Shown: positions 40,810 through 53,933 of the stretch, piece after piece
Layout: each line of letters opens with the position of its first letter
Position numbering within the stretch: position 1 is the first letter of the stretch
NCBI GenBank assembly: GCA_964016885.1
Contig: OZ024743.1
Location: 342,364,001-342,428,000 of the forward strand
Reading direction: 5' to 3'
Source of the DNA: Eledone cirrhosa
Lineage: Eukaryota
DNA length: 64,000 nucleotides
Notes under the pieces: model-generated
Told to the model about the DNA's origin: nothing
The model's database searches: none
What the model saw: only the letters and a program-made list of their open reading frames with translations
Position numbers and translations under genes: made by a program

Positions 40810-41661
40810 TTTTAATATAAGATAATATAATTTAATATAAGATAATATAATTTAATATGGATTACCTTCGTGTGGATGAAAATACTAAGTTTCTTTCTCA
40901 TGTTTGCAAATACTTTAAACATGAATTTATAGATTAAATATGTTAGTATACTTAATATTAATATAGATATTTATAAACTGTTATAGCCTGAAATATTATA
41001 CCTTTAGATTAATTCCTTATTCTGAACTAACATAAATGATTCGAAATTTAACGCTCAGCCGGATGCGTTTGGATATATATAGTGTATATAATTAATTGTT
41101 AGTATATTTCTAATTAATTAAGGACTCGAAATTAAACCCTCATATTTTTACACCCAAATATATTTAATATTTAGATTGATGGATACTTCTAGATAATTCA
41201 AAGATTCGAGTATACTCTTTCTCAAAGCTATGCCCAAATGTATATTCATGTATTTATATAGATAAATTGTTTGCATCATCTAATCACACCCTATTCATCC
41301 ACGACAATACAAATCTCCATATGTTTCATACTATAAAAAATATTCCTCTTTGTCTCTCTATCATTGATCAATTCTCTTTTGCTTTCTATACTTCTAGTAA
41401 CTATATTTTTTCCTCATCTGTTTCTCTCTGTCTTTATTATTTTCTTCTTTCTTCAATAATTTAAATTATTTGAATCTCTAACAGTTATGTAAATTGCTAT
41501 TATGTATTTTTAAGCTTTCTCACACGCACCCTCTGTATTATATGTAATTTGTTTTATGTCTCAATCTTAAGGTATATAAATATTGAGTTTTGTCATATCT
41601 TATTCACTACCATGACTGAATCTTAACCATCTACTAAGTCAGGGTATGTCATGGATCATCT

Positions 41662-41728
41662 TATTTTATGTGATGAGGATGTACTGTTGCAGATAGCTCA
41701 GTACCTCTGAAATATGTATAATAAAATA
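41662..41728 (+). ncRNA. Hammerhead, C3G mutated
   Basis: TATTTTAT-GTGATGA-GGAT-GTACTG[12]CAGTAC-CTCT-GAAA-TATGTA-TA-ATAAAATA. Confidence 0.75.
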
Positions 41729-41839
41729 TACTTGATCACACGAATGTCTATTTTCTTTAATATTTTGAATTAATATATATATATCGGTGCCCCAGCATGG
41801 CCTCAGCCGGATGGCTGAAACAGGTAAAAGAGTAAAAGA

Positions 41840-41873
<34 letters not shown>

Positions 41874-41968
41874 GTAGAACACTGGAAGGTAATATCCGTA
41901 GTGGTAGAGCACTCAGTCCATGGGACGAATTAGGTAGAAGTGGTTACGCAGCAGTTAGTTCACCATAC

Positions 41969-42006
41969 CGAGAACGATTGTTTCACCTTAGCGGATCTCC
42001 AGCTCG
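41969..42006 (-). ncRNA. Small hammerhead, A6G mutated
   Basis: CGAG-CTGGAGA-T-CC-GCTAA-GG-T-GAAA-C-AATC-G-TT-CTCG within a ~150-bp island between (TA)n tracts. Confidence 0.65.
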
Positions 42007-42034
42007 TAACCACGTCTATATATATATATATATA

Positions 42035-42302
42035 AAATGATATTAAATAAATGGAAACTATATTTATAAAACCATATTTATTTTATTATATATATTTCAA
42101 GGATACCAAGACAACATTGGTACGCTTTCATCAGATAAAATACAAAGTTTATTTTATAAATAGAGACATACCCATGAAAATCATACCTTATCGGTTGGAA
42201 ATTCACTGGAAAGTGGAAATATATTAGGGATTTTTCAAACTTATGTGTGAATATGGAAATAAATAAGTAAATAATAGAAAGACAACCGTTTATTTAAACG
42301 AA

Positions 42303-42396
<94 letters not shown>

Positions 42397-43415
42397 AAGA
42401 GGAGAAAGATAAAAGAAGAGATAAGAGAAGAAGGATAAAAAATAGTGCGAGAGAGAGAGAGAGAAGAAACAAGAAAAGATGAATAAAACTCATATAACGT
42501 TAATTTGGTGAAAATATATTCTAAATATATATCTTAATAGTACGTGTATTTACGATTATTAGTTGCTTAAAATTTGTTTATAATATAATATTTTCTGTTA
42601 TAAGTAGATAAATAAATAAATAAATACATAAATAAATAAATAAATAAATAAATAGATGGGTATATCATGTTATAGATAATTGTTCTAATGAGTTATGAGG
42701 GATATTGGTTTTGTATTTAATGTAAATAAATATTAAGTTAAATTAAATTAAATTAACTGAGTTAATAAGAATATTTATGTTTATATTTATATGATTTAAA
42801 TGGGAAGATACGGAAAAACTCCGGTTTAATTTATATATTCGTTATTGTGAGGCTATTTATTCAAAATAAGTATAGATGTTGAAAGATACATTTAGCCAGA
42901 ATCAGTTAGTGGTTATAAATCTATTGAAAAATATTGAAAAAATATTAATAAAGTGTTGAAAATATTGAAAAATTATTGAAAAAATATTGAAAAATTTGAC
43001 AAACTTATTTTTAAATATAATTTATAAGAGATAAGTAATTTTTAAAGAAATAAAAATTATTAAAATTAAAATTTAATAACAAAAATTAGAATTATATACG
43101 TATATATTTTATGAAACTTTAAGAAGTGGAATTATAGCAAATGTTATAGATATTATGATTTAGAGATATCAATATATTAAAACCAAGTGGCGTATGTCTC
43201 TATTTTAAAACAAACTTTGTATTTTATCTGATGAAAGCATAGCAATGTTGTCTTGGTACCCTTGAAATATCTTTAATAAAATAAATATGGTTTCATAAAT
43301 ATAGTTTCTATTTATTTAATATCATTGAATATTTACTCAAGTATACTGTTGAGTGCTCTAAATCAGTTATAAACATTTATATTTGTCGGACTTCCAACAA
43401 ATTAAATACCCCTTC
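42035..43415 (+). mobile_element. Non-coding element with inverted pLTRs; hammerheads at 42079-42142 (minus) and 43220-43283 (plus)
   Basis: TATTTTAT-CTGATGA-AAG-CG-TACCAA[7]TTGGTA-TC-CTT-GAAA-TATATA-TA-ATAAAATA; arms ~42035-42172 / ~43192-43326; AT-rich interior. Confidence 0.85.
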
Positions 43416-43417
43416 TA

Positions 43418-43501
<84 letters not shown>

Positions 43502-43506
<5 letters not shown>

Positions 43507-44955
43507 CGAAGGAAATGTGGTAAGGAACCAGGTGGACCATAACGCACCAAAGTACTCAATACTTGAGGTAGTAGAGTGGGTAATAGGCACCAGTAAGACC
43601 CCGACAGCTGAGCTCAAGCCGTTTCGACGGCTAATTCTGGACTAAATGAAAATTTATCCTGGTATTTAAATAGCCGATCTTCTCAAGGGGTAATTCCATA
43701 TATGGTCAAAGTGATTGTCAAAAATCAGTAGTAATTCTGTGGTTGCAAATTAGTAGGGGAGATGGTGGCTAAACCTGCCAGTAGGAGAAAGAGGGGAGGG
43801 GGTGGAGTAGACCCAATCAAGCGTTGGTAGTGCCAGCTACAGCTGGGCATGAGGTCAAAGAAGATACAGGGGACGGGGAGGGGGAGGAAGTCGGAACGGT
43901 AGGTAGAACAATGGGGGGTAGAAATATATAAGAAAGAAAAAATACTGAGAGTGAAGAAAAGCAAATAAGTGTAAAGAAAAAAGTAAAGTAAATTAAATTC
44001 TACGACCTAGGTCTCAGGCTATTGTTAGGCTAGAATAAAATAAATAAAGAAAGAAAGAAGTAAAGAAAGAAATAAATAAAGAAATAACGAAATAAGTAAA
44101 AGAACTAGGTGGGACGGTATAGGCAAGGACCCTTTTAAGAGGTATAAGTACGTAAATGATACGGTGACGGGTCAACAAAAGGGGCCAAAATACTAAAGAG
44201 ACTACCACGAAATAAACAATAAAGGTTTCCATCCCGGGCCAGCAACGACCCAGTGCAGCAAAGTGAACTTGTACGAGATAAAAATTCTGAGTCCCGAGAA
44301 AAATATATACTAATGCTAACTCTAAAAGATCTAAAACAAGCTACATGAAAGTTCGTACGAAATAAAGGTAGAATACGGAGAAATAAATTCAGAATCCACC
44401 CCGCCCAGAAGAAAAGCGAAGCAAGAAATACTGAAACGAAAAAATAAGGCATAAGTGCCACTAAGGAATATAGAGGGCACAGAGAATAGTGGGAGCGGTC
44501 GGGAAAAGGGGGCAAGTATCCGGGGTCTAAGCCAACTGCTATAAAGGGCGGAGTCCGCCAAATCTATCATAGACTAGGGGAGGGGGTGGTGGGGGTACTA
44601 AGGCTACATGGGACCAAAGGGCAGCCTCGGGTGGGCGAGAGAAAACGCCGACAAAGGAGAAGAGCTGGGGTAGAAGGACAAAGGAGAGAGGGGGGAAGGA
44701 AATAAAGGAAGCGATAAAAGAATACAAAGAAGATCATACGTCTTCCTTGGCAAGCAGGGGTTACCCATTGCAAAATCGGCAAGTGGGGTGTTATAGCCCT
44801 AGTCTACCCCCCCGGGTCATTATGGGGTTTGAGGGCGAGGTAAGTCCTACGCAATCTATGTTTACATGCAGTAACCAGTTCATCTTTCTTGTTTAGGAGT
44901 TGGTCCGTCGAAAACAGCATTTGTAAAGTTTCCCCCGAGCATAAATTGCACGGAC
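43502..44955 (-). mobile_element. 3' part of a PLE: end of GIY-YIG ORF, ~1.1-kb 3' UTR, pLTR
   Basis: CNLCSGETLQML...LLNKKDELVTACKH resembles the end of ORF 38735-39316; terminal part equals the 2975/32474 family. Confidence 0.8.
43598..43691 (-). ncRNA. Type I hammerhead with covariant U3-A8 core
   Basis: ACCCC-TTGAGAA-GA(T)CGGCTA[loop]TAGCCGTC-GAAA-CGGCT-TGAGCTC-AGCTG-TC-GGGGT. Confidence 0.8.
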
Positions 44956-45025
44956 GAGAGAGATGAACACTAATGTAAACATACATGTGTCCGAATCGTA
45001 ATGACTACTTTGAGTTTCTAACACA

Positions 45026-45150
<125 letters not shown>

Positions 45151-45251
45151 TAACAGATTAAAGTTTAAGCAAAGAATCGCTGCTTTCACCCTTAACGGGA
45201 TCTTTGGATTTTAGCCTTCAAATTTATTATTATTACTATATATATATATAT

Positions 45252-45318
<67 letters not shown>

Positions 45319-45319
45319 T

Positions 45320-45900
45320 ACTGAGTTAGAAACTCAAAGTAGTCATTACGATTCGGAAACATGTATGTTTACATTAGTGTTCATCTCTCTTGTTTATTCA
45401 AATATATTACACGGATCAGAAAAGCTTTTTTTTTTCTTAGAGCTATTTAATTGTAAGTTTTTAACTCAGTATATATTTGTCGGCTCAATCATGTAGAGCT
45501 AATTTTAATGTCGTGTTAACCAGCCTGCTCTTTTTAGCGGCATATGTTTTCGAGACAAGCTAGGCTCCGAAGACACGTGCGTTATTTCATATCGCACGCA
45601 ATTCCGTCTTCTAATATTTTTAGAAGTGGAAGGATCGCTAATTTCTCAACACCTACTGATGAGCAGAGAAATGGTGATTAGTTTGCTTAATATGATTTTG
45701 CGAAACAGTTTCCATAATTGTTTAGGTATTTTCAGGGAGTTGCCCAATTGGTTTGTTATTATTTTTCTTAATTTACTTTAAATTAAGTCTGGCAAACCAT
45801 ATTGCTGTAGTTAATATTTTTCCACCCTAGCAAAACTAGTCCTTACGATTCGGACACATGTATGTTTATATTGGTGTTCATCTCTCTTGTTTATTCAAAT
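45320..45900 (+). mobile_element. Solo pLTR / 1.1-mer unit (~496 bp) with hammerhead
   Basis: Direct repeat TTACGATTCGG.AC.ATGTATGTTTA at ~45346 and ~45843; inverted copy at 44956-45028. Confidence 0.78.
45651..45727 (+). ncRNA. Type I hammerhead with a stable stem III
   Basis: ACCTA-CTGATGA-GCAGAG[loop]TTTTGC-GAAA-CAGTT-TCCAT-AATTG-TT-TAGGT. Confidence 0.88.
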
Positions 45901-46077
45901 ATATATATATATATGTGGGTGTGTGTGTGTGTGGGTGTGTGGGTGGGTGGATCTGTGGGTGTGTGCGTGTGTGTGTGTGTGTGTGGGTGTGTGGGTGTGT
46001 GTGTGTGTGTGTGTGTGCGCGTGTGTGTGTGTGTGTGTGCGTGCGTGTGTATGTCTGTGTGTGTATGTCTGTGTGTG

Positions 46078-47530
46078 TAAAAAGTAAACAGAAGTAACAA
46101 CACAATCGGTACAGTATGTGGAAGGAATATATTAGTTTAACGCTTAAAATAGCCGGAAGAACGTCATTACGTGTCGGACGCCAGTCCTTCATCAGAAGAA
46201 AGAATGAAAAATTAGAAAGATTGAAGGGACGGGCAGGGCGGAATCGGATAGTTACAAAATTAAAACTTTCGGGTTGTCTTTATAATTCGCGTGTTATAGG
46301 GAAAATGGGGTTTGAAAAATGCAATGGCTGACCGTTTGGATACTTAGAAGGTATTTATGTGTCAAGTAATTAATATGATGAATATCTATATATATTTCTT
46401 TTTACTTTTACAGGTTTCAGCTGTGTTTACAGCCTTTTCAAATAGATTTTCCTTACAGTCTTATTAAAAAAAATATTCAGTTATGTTTATATCACGTGGT
46501 TGGGCGCTTACCTTATGTCTGAGTGCATGAGATGCTACTGGCGTTATCTGTATCGCTTATGTCGCGGAGAATATGGTTTATTACAAGGGGCGTAATCCAA
46601 CCTTGATTATGTTTGTTTTGTTTCGTTATTATTATTATTTAAAAAAATGTGTTCATGTTTTGGTTTGAATTTACGTATGAAAAATCTTTCCTTACTAAAC
46701 CGTTTTTCCTGGGTCAAATATTTACTAAACTGGTAAATCGAAATTTTGCAGAACTGCAGACATCAAAATTTTGCAGAACTGTTCCTCCACATACCTCTAT
46801 ATGTTTCGCTTAGAGGGAGCTTTCGGTTATGTGGGTGCCTGTTTTGTTGATGATGAACTATCATTCGACTTCGGAGTGAAATGCCTGTTTGACCAATATA
46901 ATGTTCATGCCAGCCTTTGCACGTTACAGTGTATATTAGATTCTCCGGGTTGCAAAAGAAGTCATTTTCAATTTTAAAAATGGAACCGTCTTTGAAATTA
47001 GATTCATTGCCTTCTAAAATATATTTGCATACTCCACAGTGAGGTCGATTAACGCCAGGTTCTTCAATAGAAGTTTGTAGTTTTGCATTCATTAGTATAT
47101 TTTTTAGTGAATTTGATTGTCGTTTACGTTTATATGATTGGGTGTCTTTGTAAGAAGGTTTTCACGTTCTAGTCCTTTAGTAAGATAGATAAGGTTAGTT
47201 GTATATTTGTGTATATGTGTTTGTTCTTTGGATGGAAATTTGAGATATGTGGTATGACATTTTATCTCATTTTGTTTTTCTTTCTCGGACGGTTTGGATA
47301 TTCATTTGACTTGCTTTTTGGATACTATTGTTGATTAAATTCTGAGAATATTTTCTGTTGATAAGTATTTGTTTCATCTCCCCCAGTCTGTGGTCTCTGG
47401 TTGTTGGGTGTGAGACTCTTGTACAGATTTTCTTTTGCTAAGATAAAACGGATGTTGGTATGAGTCTGTGATGGATGAGAAGTTGTAAACAAGGTGTATT
47501 GTAGGGAGACTTTGCTTATAAACCAAAATT
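46078..47530 (-). mobile_element. 3' part of a Neptune-like PLE with degenerate hammerhead (~46165-46199)
   Basis: CGVCKYI...CNPENLIYTVTCKGWHEHYIGQTGISLRSRM; CTGATGA-A-GGAC-TGGC-GTCC-GACAC. Confidence 0.88.
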
Positions 47531-47605
47531 AAAATTGTTTCTTCTCACAATAATATACCACAGACAGCAAATTATATACTTGTGTGTGTGTGTGTGTTTA
47601 TATGT

Positions 47606-47753
<148 letters not shown>

Positions 47754-47899
47754 TTCCAAAAGCCATCTGGATGATTTTTTCTTGTGTTTTGAACTACTTC
47801 ATATTATGCAGGTTAAATAGGATAGACGCTGGTATTGGCTTTCTTTGTTGTTAGTGCATGTGATTATTTCAGCATGATCGTTTTGAATGATCGTTAATT

Positions 47900-49200
47900 T
47901 AATCACTAATCGAATATGTTTTTTCGTAAATCCTATATAGGATTATTTACGTGTCGTACATTACGCCTTCCCTTCTCTCTCTTTCTCTCTTTTTTGCTTG
48001 ATTTAATAGACAGCAATTGTTATTTGCCATTAGAGTATCATCAGCTGGCGTCAAACTGTCATATGTACACGTCCAAATATAGTTGGAGCAATCAAATTGT
48101 AAATCAAAGGTTTGCAATTGAATTATAAATCACATTGGTCATATGTCGGTTGTTTGCGGTTTTTATTGATGCTGATTCTAATGTTAGTGCTATTAAGTTT
48201 AGTTTATAGATTTTTGCAATGTATTTTATGTTCTAAAATATAGGATTGTGTTTTCTAAGTTTGTTTGAAAACCATTATTCATTAGTGCTTCTTTTGTAAC
48301 AACGTGGATATTGTCTTCATACAAATACTAACATGCATTGTTATCTTTTGAATTATTGTTAATTTCATCAAAATTGTATATGGTTTCGTAAATCCTGTAT
48401 GCGTGATTTGTACACCATTAATAAAAGATAGTTTGATGTATTTATGCTTTCTATTGGAGTTTACTTTTCTATGCCTTGGTTTTCTAAGTTTGCTTAAAAG
48501 AAAACCCTTATTCATTAATGTTTCTCTTGTAACTCTGGGGACATAGTCTTCATATAAATATTATCTTTGGTGTAAATGGATGTAATATATGTTTGTATTA
48601 CAACTAGTTTGCAAGTTATAGGAGTATTGTTCTTAACATTCAGCGTCAGCCGAGAGGTTTGTTTTAGCTCCTTCTTTAATTCAGCGATCTCTTCAATTTT
48701 GACCATTACAGTGAATGTATTGTCCACATAGCAGGTGTGTATTATATATTTGTGCTTTAGTATCTCATAGTTTTCCATTGCGGACATATAAAACTCAACG
48801 TACACGGGCCTTAAGGGAGAACGTATGGCTACTCTATCGCAGAAAACAAACGAAAACTAGATGGAAAGACTTTAACAAACAGCTCATCTACCTTACATAG
48901 TATTACCCAAAATATTAGATGATTAATGGTAAAAGGATTTCTCGGGTCACAGCATAATGCTAAAATAGATACTTAGATAATATACACGAATTGAACAAAA
49001 ATATAATTCTGAGTGAATGATGACATGTCAATATAATGGTCAAAGGTTCCGGTGGTGGTATTAACATATCTCAGTAGCTTCTGTACACTATACAATGAGA
49101 ATAACACAGTGTATTTTATCCAGAATAAAGAATACCGAAGACCTAAAACCCTAATGATTGATTTGAAAAATTACTGTTGCTAACATTCTGCAAGGAATTA
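47900..49200 (-). mobile_element. Highly decayed PLE RT fragment
   Basis: FYMSAMEN...CYVDNTF (YVDD-like), IYTK, KLSFING. Confidence 0.55.
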
Positions 49201-49278
49201 ATACGAAGATAAGAATATAAAACCAGAACACAGTTATATATATATATATATATATATACATATATGTCCCTGTATATA

Positions 49279-49414
<136 letters not shown>

Positions 49415-49673
49415 CGTGTGTGTGTGTGTGTGTGCGTGTGTGTGTGCGTGTGTCTGTATGTATGTGTGTGTGCGTGTGTGTGCATATATATATATATTAT
49501 TTGTATATGTATATATATATATTTGTATATATACATATATATATGTATAAATATATACATGTATATATACCTATATATTTATTTCGGATTAATACGAATA
49601 CAAAACCAGAACACAGACGTGTTATAAATACACTATATATATTATATATATATATGTGTGCGTGTGTGTGTGA

Positions 49674-49721
<48 letters not shown>

Positions 49722-50507
49722 ATGTGCATATATATATATATACAGATGCGAGAAACACCACAGACTCTCCATCTCAACTCAACTTTTGAAAAGCAGAAGA
49801 ACTGCGAAAGCGGTAAAGGAACCAAATAAATATATATATATTTTTTTAAATAAGACTCCAGTTGCATTATCGATTTCATCTTTTTTTCTTTATATATATA
49901 CGTGTCTATATATACACACACATATATGTGTGAGCATGCACATATGTATGTATTTATGAATGCATGTATGTGTGTCTACTTTGAAACCATTTATGTTCAG
50001 CTATTTAAATAAACGCATACTAATATCTTTATTCAAATATTTTTCATTTAGAGTAAACCTGAAACCAATGAAGCCACTTCCGAGCTAAACGTGAGTTGAG
50101 CTATAATTTAACACCTCCAAAATGTGGGCATCTAAAAAAATGAAATGCCCTGATAAATAATGTCGGGAATAATATTTTACAAAACTGTGTTCAAGTTCTA
50201 GTTACAACCTTGTGTATGATATTAACCTACTATGGCGTATATTATACTGAGGATGGATACAATTCAGCACTTATAAAGGTGTGTTAGTTACATTTGGGAT
50301 TTTAAAAGTAAAAATAGATGTTATCATTGGAATATATAAAGTAGAAAAATATATAAAAATACCATATAATTATATAAAAGTATACGTAAATGTGTAAAAC
50401 ATGAAATTAAAATAATCTAATAAAGAGGGGTTGAGTAAACAACACAAATTAAACAAAGTAATTGTGAGTAAGAAAAATGAAAAAATAGCAAATAGTACAA
50501 TTTAGAA

Positions 50508-50779
50508 GAGGCATGGGCAACCTTTTTCGAGAAGCGGGCCACAAGCGCTAATTTACATTCGTGCCCACATGAAAGACAAAGGGCGGCAACTCAGGTTGTT
50601 TTGATTTGGTTCTTCGGAATTCGTACGCGTTGTTTTCCACGATCGTAAAAATAATAGAAAGATAAATTACGACTGAAAAGTTGGGGTAAAATAATCGGAA
50701 AGATTTCACTTAGGTGATTTAGGCGAGCCATTCAGAAAGCTTCGTGAGCCGCATGTGAGCAGCAGGTTGCCCATGACTG
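50508..50779. mobile_element. hAT-type MITE (Charlie/Buster-like)
   Basis: TIRs GAGGCATGGGCAACCT / AGGTTGCCCATGACTG; 8-bp TSD ATTTAGAA with central TA (50500, 50780). Confidence 0.9.
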
Positions 50780-51394
50780 ATTTAGAATAACTAATCAATA
50801 TATCTAGGAGTCCTACTTGTAAATGTTAATACAGGCATCCATTTATTCCTAACTCTTGATGGAGTCGACATGTCTTCGGCATTTTAAATTGATGGAGGCA
50901 TCTCTCACCATGTCTGAACACAATGTGTTTCTTCGAGAGAAGTTGAGACAGAGAAGGAGAGAAAGTAAGAAATAGATATAGCAGAAGAATCAATCCAAGT
51001 ATTCGGTTGCTAATTTATTTATCAAAGTGGAAGTAATGAAAGGTAAAGATTACTTCGACGGGATTTGAACCCAGAGCGCAAAGAGCTGAAAGTAATGTCA
51101 CAAAGTATTCTTATTCGACGTTCTAACGATTCTGCCAACACGGCGTCTTATTCTTGCATACGTCTAGAAAAAAGTTTCTTTAAAATGACCGCCTTTCTAA
51201 TAAATCAACAATGTAGAGAAATATTTTACAAAATTAAATTACATTTAACATATGGGAATAAAGTTAGATGAAATTCTAAACACATGAGAATACATGTCTA
51301 AAAATAAAATCAAATATATAAATATATATATGTGATGTGTGTTTGACATTAATGTCATATATGTCACAGAAAAACAACTAGCTTTAACTTCATG

Positions 51395-51452
<58 letters not shown>

Positions 51453-51454
51453 CT

Positions 51455-51487
<33 letters not shown>

Positions 51488-51689
51488 TTGTGTGTGTGTG
51501 TGAGTAGTATATAGATAGTCATAATAAATTAATAAATACAAAGACCAATATCCGAAGTGGATTGTATATATATATATACACATACAGACACAAACATACA
51601 CACGCATATGTATATATATATATATATATATACATATAAACCTGTAGAGCAAATCTTTAATCAGTATTAATAAAAATATATATGTGTGT

Positions 51690-51900
51690 CTGTGTCTGTG
51701 TAAAACGTAAACAGAAATAACAAAGCAAACAACACGGTACATTGAATAATTATATTAGTTTAACGCTTGAAATGGTAGGAAGAGAGTCTTAACGTTTCGG
51801 GCACCTGTCTTTCATCAGATAATATATTTAGAAATAGGAGTTAAATCGAAAGAAATGTGTGAGAAGAGGAAGGAACAGGGTAAAATGAAGAAAAAAAAAG
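51690..51900 (-). mobile_element. pLTR fragment with degenerate minimal hammerhead (51787-51820)
   Basis: CTGATGA-A-AGAC-AGGT-GCCC-GAAA-CG-TT-AAGA. Confidence 0.7.
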
Positions 51901-52635
51901 AAGAAAAAAAACACCTGCGTATTCAGTCATATATATACTAACAGATCACAATAGTATTATTTTTATTCATATTATTCCATAAATAGTTCATGACTATATG
52001 GGCTAAAACGCTATTTTCAGTGCTTTATTTACAAAATTATATTTAGGTATAATAACAGTAAACAGCATTGTAAGCAGTGAATACCTGTAAAAGAAAAACG
52101 TCAATCTACTTACATTAATTGCTTAGACTGCAGTTTTGTGTGACAATGAAAAATACCAATTACCATGATTAAAATGGTTAATTAGTAAATTAAGACAGTC
52201 ATTTCTAATCAGTAAACAATAGTCTTGAAAATATAATAAGTGCTTATTCAAGAAAATTCAAATAAATTATCATATTTTGGTATCAAGTCTAGACAGCAAC
52301 TAAAATATACAGCCAAAAAGAAACACTCAATATTTAAAAAATAACCGGATCGACGTTAAAAAATTAGAGGTCAAATACAAAGCTAGAAATAGCACAAACA
52401 AGCCACAAATTAATACCTCTACCTGAATTAATTTCATTAATTAACCCAAGGAAGACTTGTATCATAAATGTATTACACCATAAAGGGCTCACTGACTACA
52501 TAGGCTAAAAACCATATTATTTTCAGAGCTTCAGTTACACAAATTATATTTAGGTATAATATATACACACATACACACACACCCACACACACCCACACAC
52601 ATCCACCCCACACACACACTCATACACAGACACAG

Positions 52636-52746
<111 letters not shown>

Positions 52747-53032
52747 ACCAAAGATTAATATGGTTCATTGATTACTCAATGAATATAGTTTTACAATAGA
52801 TTAAAAGCACTCTACAAATAAGTTTTCTGGAGTTACTAATATTATTCAGAATATTAATAAATGAAGACATTCACATAATCAAATATATAATAAAACATAT
52901 ATTTTGATTATGTGAATGTCTTCATTTATTAATATTCTGAATAATATATATATATTAGTAAAAAGGAAAAGAAAATGCTGACAAATTTTTCCAAGTGAAA
53001 AATAGTTTAATTAGGAATAAGTATAAATTAGT

Positions 53033-53219
53033 AATTGTTTCTACTTTAGTGACAAGGCCAGCAATTACCCAGTGCATTACTGGTACTTTATTTTATCGAC
53101 CCTCTAAGGATGAAAGGCAAAGTCAACCTCGGTGGGATTTGAACTCAGATCGTAAAGGGACGTAACTATGCTGGAAAGCATGGCATTCGACCCTCTACCG
53201 ATACTGCCAATCCACCGCC
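53033..53219 (-). mobile_element. SINE family A with 15-bp TSD
   Basis: GTATAAATTAGTAAT at 53021 and 53222. Confidence 0.93.
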
Positions 53220-53402
53220 TCGTATAAATTAGTAATAAGTATTAGTTAGTATTCATTTTTAGTTTTAAGTTTTCACGGGTTGCGCATTTCTAATGCTTTT
53301 CAAATATAATTTTGAGATAGAGCGCTCGTGAAATTTGCTCTAATCTGATTAGAGCAAAAATCACGAGCGCTCTATCTCATGGCTTGAGCTCTGCCGTCGG
53401 GG

Positions 53403-53481
<79 letters not shown>

Positions 53482-53527
53482 AGAGAGTAAAACAAAGAAT
53501 CCTTTAATACATCAAAAGTTTTTATTA

Positions 53528-53565
53528 GCCGACAATGTTTTGTCCTATTAAGGACTCATCAGGGC
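53528..53565 (-). ncRNA. Hammerhead, G12A mutated
   Basis: GCC-CTGATGA-GTCCT-TAAT-AGGAC-AAAA-C-ATT-G-TC-GGC, ~50 nt from (TA)n. Confidence 0.75.
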
Positions 53566-53895
53566 AATCAAAACAACAAGAGGTAATTTCGGCAGATACA
53601 AGCCAGAAACTCTGAAGAATATGGAGTTTACATACACTTATGTCTTACAAGGATATACGATAATAAAAATGAAGATAAAACTAATAAAATTATAATAACT
53701 AAGGATGTAGATAACATTAAGAACCATATTACAAATATAGTCCAAAATCACCAACTTAAATCTAAACAAATTTGGTTATATAGAACAGGAATTATATATA
53801 ACACAGTATAATACATTATAATAATAATATATCTATACCAACACTGAAATTCCAAATCAAAAATCAAAAGGTACAATATATACATGTATATATGT

Positions 53896-53933
<38 letters not shown>

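Larger units (their letters stand above)
37750..41785 (+). mobile_element. 5'-truncated PLE (RT + GIY-YIG, CNC...CPL type) with long AT-rich 3' region
   Basis: FIQMDIASYYSSI, GLYRDY, VNFLDV, CNCRNRSNCPLQNNC..LVYKSTV..NYIGATS..FKLRF, CNLCTME. Ends in a hammerhead and (TA)n; continuity of the 3' region is inferred. Confidence 0.82.
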
